Positions 56,675-64,000 of a stretch of DNA of 64,000 bases are shown piece after piece (the first letter of the stretch is position 1; the number at the start of each line of letters is the position of its first letter). The notes beneath the pieces were generated by a model. The model was not told the origin of the DNA. It made no database searches and saw only the letters and a program-made list of their open reading frames with translations. Source of the DNA: Candidatus Thorarchaeota archaeon (GTDB lineage: Archaea; Asgardarchaeota; Thorarchaeia; Thorarchaeales; Thorarchaeaceae). The translations under genes and the position numbers were made by a program. The DNA is taken from contig JAWOEX010000010.1 of assembly GCA_046482545.1 (NCBI GenBank), positions 32,001 to 96,000 of the forward strand, read 5' to 3'.

Positions 56675-58150
56675 ATGAGTGATGATTTTAAGTTTCAAGG
56701 TGTCTATCCGGCCCTCGTTACACCTTTTGACGAGGGCGGCGTGAACGCATCGCAGTACAAGGGTTTGATTGAGCATTTGATTGGAAGGGGCGCGACTGGA
56801 ATTGTTCCTTGCGGTACAACCGGTGAGTTTACCAGTATGACTTTTGATGAGCGTTTGCAAGCCATCCGAATCGCATGTGAGACAGCTGCGGGACGCGTAC
56901 CCGTCATGGCTGGTACAGGTGCCCCATACACGGCAGATGCGGTCAAACTCACTCGACGAGCAGCTGAATTGGGAGCGGATGCTGCTCTAGTGGTTACTCC
57001 ATATTTCCTTAAGCCCTCCACAAAGGAAATCTACGAACACTACACGCGAGTAGCTGAGGCCAGTGACCTCCCCATCTTTCTGTACAATATTCCGCAAGTA
57101 ACAGGAATCAAGCTGGACTGGAAACTGGTCGATGGCTTACAAGAAATAGATGGTATTGCTGGCATGAAAGATTCTAGTGGCGATCTGGTTAACCTTACAA
57201 CCATTCTATTGCGACGCCCTCATGATTTTCAGGTTGTTGTAGGCCATGATGAAGTGGCATTTCCTGCTCTTGCGGCGGGTTGTGATGGAGCCATACTCAT
57301 GAGTGCAAATGTCTTTCCTAATCGATACATTCAGATGCAAAGTGCTCTGTCAAGAGGGAATCTCAAAGATGCGAAGATTGTGCAAAGGACGATTCAAAAG
57401 ACTGTACGCCTCCTTGTCAATAAGGGGGGTGCAATCGCAGTCAAAACTGCATTGAATATGATGGGCATAAATGTTGGAGATGCTCGGAAACCTCTTCTCG
57501 AAGGTGATTTGTTTAGTTTTGAGGATCTTGATGAGCTCAGGACATGCTTAGAGGATTTGCAGCTGATTCCAAGAGGACCTGTGACATTCAAGATGGGCAA
57601 TCGGGAAATAGTTGCCGAACAATATCCAAAGGCTGCAGGAATTGTTGCTGATGTTGTTGATGACTTGACACTCCTGCATGGAGAATCTCTGTGCGGTGGT
57701 GGTCATGAGGTCGCCCATGTTGATTTGGTGATGGGTATCAAGACAGGTCCAATGCAACAGGCTTTAGAAACAGCAGATAAGATAGTAAAGGGTTTCCATC
57801 AGTCAAACATTATCAAAAATCTTCAGCCAACAACGGTCTTTGCGCCTACAGTGAATATCACTGATGAAGCCCACAAAGAAATGGTATATGATGTAGCCGA
57901 GAAAGCAGTCGCTGATGCGGTTACCAGAACTGTGACAGATCAAATCATACCCGAGGAACTTGTTCCTGATCTCGTCATTGCGGTTAACGCCTTTGTTCAC
58001 CCTGCTGCTAATAACAAGCGTAGGGTGCACATCAATAATTTCCGCGCTGTTCGGCATGCTCTTAGACGCGCTATTGAAGGACGACCTGATATTTCTACAG
58101 TCATAGAACAGAAGAACTCATCTCGGCATCCTTTTGCCTATGGTCCATAA
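56675..58150 (+). CDS. DapA/NAL-family class I aldolase fused to a Fae domain
   Basis: ALVTPF, GTTGE, YNIP, GMKDS. C-terminal GESL.GGG.EVAHVDLVMG...FVHP.A....NNF.A...A..RA.EG.P......SRHPF matches Fae. Confidence 0.88.
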   Translation: MSDDFKFQGVYPALVTPFDEGGVNASQYKGLIEHLIGRGATGIVPCGTTGEFTSMTFDERLQAIRIACETAAGRVPVMAGTGAPYTADAVKLTRRAAELGADAALVVTPYFLKPSTKEIYEHYTRVAEASDLPIFLYNIPQVTGIKLDWKLVDGLQEIDGIAGMKDSSGDLVNLTTILLRRPHDFQVVVGHDEVAFPALAAGCDGAILMSANVFPNRYIQMQSALSRGNLKDAKIVQRTIQKTVRLLVNKGGAIAVKTALNMMGINVGDARKPLLEGDLFSFEDLDELRTCLEDLQLIPRGPVTFKMGNREIVAEQYPKAAGIVADVVDDLTLLHGESLCGGGHEVAHVDLVMGIKTGPMQQALETADKIVKGFHQSNIIKNLQPTTVFAPTVNITDEAHKEMVYDVAEKAVADAVTRTVTDQIIPEELVPDLVIAVNAFVHPAANNKRRVHINNFRAVRHALRRAIEGRPDISTVIEQKNSSRHPFAYGP

Positions 58151-58263
58151 CGGAAGAACGTCACAGTTATAATGGTGTATGCACAGCCACCTTTGATACT
58201 TCCCAGGTGTGGCACAGCCAATCCTTACGGCAACCAGAGCTGAAAATTCCCCATAATCGGTGT

Positions 58264-58497
58264 ATGAATGTGCATGAAGAATACAAGAAATTGCTCGATA
58301 ATTTAATTCGATCCGTTAGCTCCAATAAGTTGGATGAGTTTATTGAAGATGGGGAAAACATCGTACTGGAAGGCGATTATGGTCGCATATCCTTAACAAG
58401 GAAAGGTGACGAGGTCCGGGCAAAATCTGTGTCTGGTATTGATTCTGAGGGCAGATATAGGCTTGACAAAAGTGTTCTTTCTGACACATCAGATTAA
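58264..58497 (+). CDS. Small hypothetical protein
   Basis: 77-aa ORF from ATG 58264 with protein-like composition, in an otherwise empty gap. Confidence 0.4.
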   Translation: MNVHEEYKKLLDNLIRSVSSNKLDEFIEDGENIVLEGDYGRISLTRKGDEVRAKSVSGIDSEGRYRLDKSVLSDTSD

Positions 58498-58760
58498 GCA
58501 ATTCGTTATGAGTAGGCACCCGAATTCGTATTCTTGACCTATTGTGGTTGAATCACACTGAAAAAAAGGTGTGGCTAAGTCTCAGCCTGCTCTTGGATAA
58601 TCATTGCCTTTCGGCTCATACAGGGGTAATTTGCAACATCATGGACCGCCACAGCCTTTTTTCTCAGATTGCCTTTAAGAACTATTTCTTGTGCTCTCGA
58701 AGGCCACTCCCCCGGATTCACAATGCTAATCAGTTGTTGTTCATCTTCTCTGAGTGATAG

Positions 58761-59900
58761 ATGATGGTTAACGAATCTAGGATTTTAGGCCTTCTAAAAG
58801 AACTAGTAGCGACTAACAGCGAAAATCCGCCCGGTAATGAACGCGGAGTGGCCGAAGTGCTTCGCGATTACCTATCACAGTATGATATTAAGTCAAAAGA
58901 GGTTGGAGATAATGAGGATCGCCCCAATCTTATTTTCTCAACCCATGACGGTGATTTTGGAAATCTCCTAATGCACGGTCACATGGATACCGTACCTGTT
59001 GGCTCTAAGGATAATTGGTCTTACGACCCTTTTGGTGCTAAAGTATCATCAGGGCGTCTCTATGGCCGGGGTGCATGCGATATGAAAGGTCCATTAGCCG
59101 CCTTGGCTGAGACCATGATTCAATACAAAAAGGAGAATCATGAGATGCCATTGGTCATGCTTGCAACTTCGGATGAAGAAGCAGGCTTGCGAGGTGCCCA
59201 ACAAGTATCAGACAGTGGTATACTGGAAGGTATTAAGTGGGGGGTATGTGCCGAACCTACCAGCTTGGGTATTCTCTTAGGCGGAAAAGGCACGTTCTGG
59301 GTGAAACTACGGACAACAGGAAAATCCGCGCACGGTTCGAGACCCCAAGAAGGTATCAATGCTATCTCCCTGTGCATAGAAGCCCTAGAAGCAATCACCG
59401 GTGAGCAATTTGAATATGATGAGTCATTGTTGGGAGCGCCTACTGTTAACATAGGAGTGATTGAAGGTGGTGCGAAAATCAATGTGGTACCTGAGTACTG
59501 TGAAGCCCAAATAGATATGCGCACTGTTGAAGGTCAGACTACTGAATACATCGCCGAATCCATGAAGAGCCGACTGGAAAGCGCGGGTTTGGACGAGTAT
59601 GTCCAAATAGATATCATAGATGCACATCCACCAGTACTGACACCAAAGGATGCGGAGATAGTAATAGCTGCGAAAGAGGCGATAACAGAAATCACTGGAA
59701 CCACCCCCGAATTGGCCACAGCCACCTACGGAACAGACTGTTCAGTTCTTCAGCCCGACGTGGGGATTACTAACGTTATCTGTGGGCCTGGATCAATCGA
59801 GCAAGCGCATCAGCCTGATGAGTATATCGAAATCAAGGAACTTCTGACTTCAGTTGGGGTTTATCTCCAGATCGCTCGCTACTTTGCCAATGTTTACTGA
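58761..59900 (+). CDS. M20 family metallopeptidase/deacylase (ArgE/DapE-like)
   Basis: HGHMDTVP, GRGACDMKG, DEE, AEPT, AHGS.P..G.NAI, GPG...AHQPDE. Confidence 0.92.
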   Translation: MMVNESRILGLLKELVATNSENPPGNERGVAEVLRDYLSQYDIKSKEVGDNEDRPNLIFSTHDGDFGNLLMHGHMDTVPVGSKDNWSYDPFGAKVSSGRLYGRGACDMKGPLAALAETMIQYKKENHEMPLVMLATSDEEAGLRGAQQVSDSGILEGIKWGVCAEPTSLGILLGGKGTFWVKLRTTGKSAHGSRPQEGINAISLCIEALEAITGEQFEYDESLLGAPTVNIGVIEGGAKINVVPEYCEAQIDMRTVEGQTTEYIAESMKSRLESAGLDEYVQIDIIDAHPPVLTPKDAEIVIAAKEAITEITGTTPELATATYGTDCSVLQPDVGITNVICGPGSIEQAHQPDEYIEIKELLTSVGVYLQIARYFANVY

Positions 59901-59921
59901 CCATCAACGTAGCGACTGCCG

Positions 59922-60707
59922 TTAACTCTCGGATGACGCTCTTACAGCAATAAGAGCTGCAATAGCTCCGCCACCAATACCATTCCCAATGTTGACTACA
60001 GCCAAGCCGGGAGCACAGGACTGAAGCATGGAGGCCAAAGCGGTTTCGCCCCTCCCACCATGTCCGTATCCGATAGGCACAGGTACGCCAATAACTGGGA
60101 TATCAACCAGTGAAGCCACTACTGTGGGTAGAGCCCCTTCCATTCCTGCAAATACAACTATTGCATGAACTTGTTCTTCTCTTATTTTCTGGAGCGGTTC
60201 GATAAGTCGGTGAATGCCTGAGACGCCAACATCACGGAATCTCAATACACCCACCCCCATGGTTTCTGCAACAGCTTGGGCTTCTTCTGCAAAGAATTCA
60301 TCGGAAGTCCCTGCTGTGATAATCGCAATCATGCCGCCTGTTCTTTTTGGTATCCATCTGGGATGATGAACTAACAGAGTCATGTGGTTTCCACCCCCTC
60401 TGATATCAAATTCAAAATCCGCGAGATGATTTTCAAGGTACTCTACTTGTTTTTCGTTGACACGGGTGGCAAGTACAAAATCCTTCACTTCGAGCATGGC
60501 TCGGAGAATCTGCATCAGTTGTTCGCTTGTCTTCGTTTCAGCCATAACAACTTCTGGAATGCCGCTCCTGTGTTCACGCCCAGGATCAATTACAGCTAAA
60601 TCTCCAACTTTCTGCAATTCTAGTTTTTGCAATCTCTTTTGAGCTTCATCAACATTGATTTGGCCTGAAGCTAGGGCTTCCAAAACCTCTCGAATTTCTT
60701 GCATCAC
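59922..60707 (-). CDS. larB: Nickel-pincer cofactor biosynthesis protein LarB (PurE-like)
   Basis: D..R..R.G.PEV..E.K, AGTSD..AEEA, DVGV.G.HRL, AGMEGALP, VP.GYG, SCAPG..VVNI.NG. Confidence 0.92.
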   Translation of the reverse strand: MMQEIREVLEALASGQINVDEAQKRLQKLELQKVGDLAVIDPGREHRSGIPEVVMAETKTSEQLMQILRAMLEVKDFVLATRVNEKQVEYLENHLADFEFDIRGGGNHMTLLVHHPRWIPKRTGGMIAIITAGTSDEFFAEEAQAVAETMGVGVLRFRDVGVSGIHRLIEPLQKIREEQVHAIVVFAGMEGALPTVVASLVDIPVIGVPVPIGYGHGGRGETALASMLQSCAPGLAVVNIGNGIGGGAIAALIAVRASSES

Positions 60708-60849
60708 TCTTAGTCATTCCTATGGATATCCTCATTGCAGTTAGTGAGAAATCTTAAAGTTGCTGTTTGCTGCTCCTATAAGCGAGATCCCCTCTGTGAA
60801 GCCAAAGAAAACAATGTAGTTCCTCGAAACTCTCGGCGATTTGGACGTG

Positions 60850-61060
60850 GTGAACAGCCGCAGACTCTCCAGAGCCTGATGAGGCTCTTTGTTCGGATAG
60901 TGGGACTTCTGTCGAGAAGGGGAAGACTTCACTCAGGCTCTCGGCCTCGCGGTTCGCAGCACTGCACTAGCCCTCTAGCCTAGTTCTACGGAAACCCAAC
61001 TCGATAGCTAGCCCAATAAACACCTCTTGTGCTCGGTCATGAAGGGACTTTCAGGAAATC
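60850..61060 (-). mobile_element. Candidate IS200/IS605 right-end / omegaRNA-like structured remnant without a transposase
   Basis: Minus strand GAAGTCCCACTATCC..AGAGCCT-CATC-AGGCTCT-GGAGAGT..GTTCAC: a nested stem-loop ending in TTCAC, within a GC-rich non-coding stretch. Confidence 0.35.
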
Positions 61061-61141
61061 TTGCAGATATGCTTCACTTTGGAGTGCCGATTTGTTTAGG
61101 ATTTTGTAAGATTTACGTCTTCCTCGATTTCCGGATAAAGT

Positions 61142-62206
61142 CTATATCTCATAAATCCAGCCATATGGATCGTCAGTATGCCCACACTGAATACCTGTGA
61201 GATTGTCAAACAGCTTCCGTGAGAGATTGCCTACATATCCATCCGCTACCTGATAAGATGTGTTTTCAAAGTAGAGTTCACCCACTGGTGCAATCACAGC
61301 AGCTGTTCCAGTCCCGAAAATCTCAAGCACTTTGCCATTCGCGATACCTTCTATAACTTCGTAAATCGAAATCTTTCGTTCGGTTACATCATAGCCAAAG
61401 TCACGCGCCAATTGCAGTACTGAATCGCGGGTTATACCTGGGAGAATTGTGTCGTTGAGAGGGGGAGTAGCAAGCTCGTCCTCAAAGCGCACAAAAACGT
61501 TCATCGTTCCGCATTCTTCAATATACTTGCGCTCAATGGCATCGAGCCACAACACCTGTGAGTATCCCTTCTCAGTCGCTTTCTTCGTAGCCAAGAGGCT
61601 CGCAGCATAGTTGCTCATCGTTTTAGCTGCGCCCACTCCACCCTTGACCGCTCTCGTGTACTTGTCTGAGACATATATGCTGACGGGATTGAATCCCTCT
61701 TTGAAGTATGGTCCAACAGGACTCAAGATGACATAGAGCAGATACTGGTCGGATGGTTTCACACCAAGTTTGGGCTCAATAGCTATCATGGTAGGCCGAA
61801 TATACAGGGAGGTACCGTGCTCCTCAGGTATCCAATCTCGCTCAATATCGATGAGCTTGGTCAGAGCAATGAGTAGCTGCTCGCTATCGACTTCTGGCAT
61901 GACCATACGTTTGGCTGACCTGTTCAAACGTTTGAGATTCTGACGAGGACGGAACAGTAGGACTCGATTCCCCCGCCGGTATGCCTTCATTCCCTCGAAG
62001 ATACCCTGACCATAATGGAGAACCAATGCAGCAGGACTAAGCTCAAGATGAGAATAGGGCCTAATCTGAGGGCGGTGCCATTGGCCGCATCTATATTCCA
62101 TCATCAACATGTGATCGGAATATACGCTGCCAAAGGTCAAAGCCATCGGGTCTGTGGGCTTACGTTTTCGCTCATCTTCTGGAACCAGATTAAGATCGAT
62201 ATCCAA
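61142..62206 (-). CDS. ilvE: Branched-chain amino-acid aminotransferase
   Basis: LHYGQGIFEGMKAY, LFRP, SLYIRP, AK..NYA, EE.G.MN, ILPGITR, GTGTAAVI.P. Confidence 0.95.
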   Translation of the reverse strand: MDIDLNLVPEDERKRKPTDPMALTFGSVYSDHMLMMEYRCGQWHRPQIRPYSHLELSPAALVLHYGQGIFEGMKAYRRGNRVLLFRPRQNLKRLNRSAKRMVMPEVDSEQLLIALTKLIDIERDWIPEEHGTSLYIRPTMIAIEPKLGVKPSDQYLLYVILSPVGPYFKEGFNPVSIYVSDKYTRAVKGGVGAAKTMSNYAASLLATKKATEKGYSQVLWLDAIERKYIEECGTMNVFVRFEDELATPPLNDTILPGITRDSVLQLARDFGYDVTERKISIYEVIEGIANGKVLEIFGTGTAAVIAPVGELYFENTSYQVADGYVGNLSRKLFDNLTGIQCGHTDDPYGWIYEI

Positions 62207-62312
62207 ATCAACCCAACTCGAGTAGCGAATTTCAGCGGTACCTCTTAGGTCTTTCCTAGAAACGACGCAACAAATATCTTAAGTCAGTGATACGCAAAAT
62301 AGACTGATTTTC

Positions 62313-62915
62313 ATGAGTCACAGTGAAGGAGCAGATGATGAGGATTTTTTCCTTGAGCCGAAGGAGGTGCTTTCCCAGTACTCGGTGGAATGGGTCTCCC
62401 TTCGCAAATCACACACTGAAGTCAAGGATAAGCTTGAAGAAGTAAAAGATAAACTGAATGAACTGGATCAACAGCTTGAGAGAGGCGAGATAAGCGAAAA
62501 GAAACACATGGAACAGTACAGAGACTATTGGCAGAAATCAACAAAAATGATTGAGATAAAGCGAGAAGTCGAATCAAGACTCTTCGAAATCCAGCGTGAA
62601 ATACGAAAGGCAAACCGCAAACTCAAGAAGCTTGAAGAAGAAAAGCGCAGGCGGAAGCGAATTGAACAAGAACGTTCTAACGCTATGATTGAATGGATGA
62701 GCTTGAAGCAGGGATTTGAACTTGTTGGAGAAAAAAGAGACAACATATCTGCGAAAATGGATCAATTGGAACTAAAGCGTCGGAACGGAGAAATTAGTGA
62801 CGCTGATTATCGAAGGCAGCATGTTGAAAATCTGAAAGAATTGGCCAAGTTGCGGACGCTCGAGGTAGATATTCAAAACAGACTCGGTGAATTGCTGGAA
62901 ATAATCAGGAAGTAG
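62313..62915 (+). CDS. Internally duplicated coiled-coil protein with two GEIS..Y (SHOCT/CdvA-like) turns
   Basis: Two aligned halves EW.SL...GEIS...RL.E....IRK. Confidence 0.75.
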   Translation: MSHSEGADDEDFFLEPKEVLSQYSVEWVSLRKSHTEVKDKLEEVKDKLNELDQQLERGEISEKKHMEQYRDYWQKSTKMIEIKREVESRLFEIQREIRKANRKLKKLEEEKRRRKRIEQERSNAMIEWMSLKQGFELVGEKRDNISAKMDQLELKRRNGEISDADYRRQHVENLKELAKLRTLEVDIQNRLGELLEIIRK

Positions 62916-62940
62916 CGCTTTCTCGTAAAAACTAATTTTC

Positions 62941-62977
62941 AAAAAAGATGAGGGTGACCCCCAAGAGGGGGCCTTAC
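62941..62977 (-). terminator. Hairpin plus T6 after gdhA
   Basis: Minus strand GGCCCC-CTCTT-GGGGTC followed by TCTTTTTT, between convergent genes. Confidence 0.45.
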
Positions 62978-62989
62978 ACCACACATATT

Positions 62990-64000
62990 CTACATCAAAT
63001 AACCCTGTGCAATCATTGCATCGGCGACTTTCATGAAGCCAGCAATATTCGCACCAAGCATGAGATTGCCTGGTTCGCCGAACATCTCTGATGTTTCGTA
63101 TGCAGTCTTGTGGATGTTGATCATGATGTCATGGAGTTTCCGGTCGACTTCCTCTCGGCTCCAGAAGTACCTCTGGCTGTTCTGAGACATTTCTAGGCCA
63201 GATACAGAGACACCACCGGCGTTTACAGCCTTACCAGGACCATATAGGACATTGGCATCTTGGATTATCTCGATTGCATCAGGTGTTAAGGGCATATTGG
63301 CACCTTCACCTACTGCCAAGACACCATTGTCAACCAGGGCTTGTGCTTCCTTCTTGTCCACTTCGTTCTGTGTCGCACATGGAAGAGCAACATCGCAGCC
63401 GAGGTTCCACGGGTTACTTTCAGGATCAAATTCAACATCATCGAATTCTTCAGCGTATTCTTTAATCCGTCCACGACGTACATTCTTGAGCTCAAGAATC
63501 CACTCCAGCTTCTCTCTATCGATGCCGTCAGGATCATACACGGCACCATCAGAGTCGCTCATGGAAATGACCTTGGCACCCAGCTGGATGCACTTCTCAG
63601 CGGCATACTGGGCCACATTCCCAGAACCGGAAACGCATACCTCCTTACCCTTTATGGTTTCATCACGGGTTTTCAGCATCTCTTCTGTGAAATAGACTGT
63701 TCCATATCCAGTCGCTTCTGGACGGATAAGAGACCCTCCGTAATTGGGACCTTTTCCTGTCAAGACACAGGTGCCATGTTTGTTAGTGACCTTGCGGTAG
63801 GCTCCATAGAGATAGCCAATTTCGCGCGCTCCCACACCAATATCTCCAGCGGGTACGTCAGTAAACTGGCCGATATGCTTGTAGAGCTCGAGCATGAAAC
63901 TGGTACAGAAATTCCGCACCTCTTCATTGGTCTTACCGTGTGGGTCGAAATCAGAACCTCCCTTGCCTCCACCCATTGGTAGGCCCGTCAAAGAGTTCTT
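62990..64000 (-). CDS. gdhA: NADP-specific glutamate dehydrogenase (5' end outside the window)
   Basis: KNSLTGLPMGGGKGG, DVPAGDIGVG, RPEATGYG, SGSGNVA, PCATQNE, EGANMP, GANIAGF. Confidence 0.96.
   Translation of the reverse strand, partial: KNSLTGLPMGGGKGGSDFDPHGKTNEEVRNFCTSFMLELYKHIGQFTDVPAGDIGVGAREIGYLYGAYRKVTNKHGTCVLTGKGPNYGGSLIRPEATGYGTVYFTEEMLKTRDETIKGKEVCVSGSGNVAQYAAEKCIQLGAKVISMSDSDGAVYDPDGIDREKLEWILELKNVRRGRIKEYAEEFDDVEFDPESNPWNLGCDVALPCATQNEVDKKEAQALVDNGVLAVGEGANMPLTPDAIEIIQDANVLYGPGKAVNAGGVSVSGLEMSQNSQRYFWSREEVDRKLHDIMINIHKTAYETSEMFGEPGNLMLGANIAGFMKVADAMIAQGYLM

Noticed and set aside
55270-58150. Plain dapA annotation (lysine biosynthesis), with the nearby M20 gene as dapE
   Set aside because: The DHDPS-specific Arg is absent, both copies carry Fae domains, and no dapB, asd or lysC is nearby.
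60750-61100. RNase P RNA (GAAAGTCC and ACAGAA-like words on the minus strand)
   Set aside because: The two words do not form the complementary P4 helix and no closing P1 helix is evident.
63252-63982. Long antisense ORFs opposite gdhA (and similar ones opposite gltX, hyuA, eS25 and the acidic genes)
   Set aside because: Shadow ORFs produced by codon bias of the real gene; no recognisable motifs.

Overview
Gene-dense archaeal chromosome segment with no rRNA, tRNA or CRISPR array that I could recognise. The gene content suggests an Asgard archaeon, most likely Thorarchaeia; this is an inference from the HMf-type histone, eS25, Cdc6/Orc1, a longin-small GTPase fusion, a giant Ig-like surface protein, tungsten AOR and Fae domains. 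Housekeeping and metabolic genes include rfcS-like, malic enzyme, gcvH, thiI, hyuAB, gltX, glmU-like, alaXM, aor, larB, ilvE and gdhA. Most notable observations: (1) two tandem DapA-family aldolases are each fused to a formaldehyde-activating enzyme (Fae) domain; the two Fae domains have decayed in complementary ways, suggesting a heteromeric aldolase/formaldehyde-channelling complex. (2) A longin-wHTH / longin-GTPase / SHOCT three-gene unit reminiscent of eukaryotic GTPase-regulator modules. (3) A 4758-aa surface protein with an exact 1461-bp internal period, whose membrane anchor and cytoplasmic tail recur 30 kb away as a stand-alone mini-protein. (4) Ribosomal protein eS25 fused to tandem HhH domains. 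(5) A Cdc6/Orc1 paralogue with substituted Walker A and B motifs. Two probable pseudogenes and a candidate IS200/IS605 right-end or omegaRNA remnant are also present. All family assignments come from motif recognition by eye, not from database searches.
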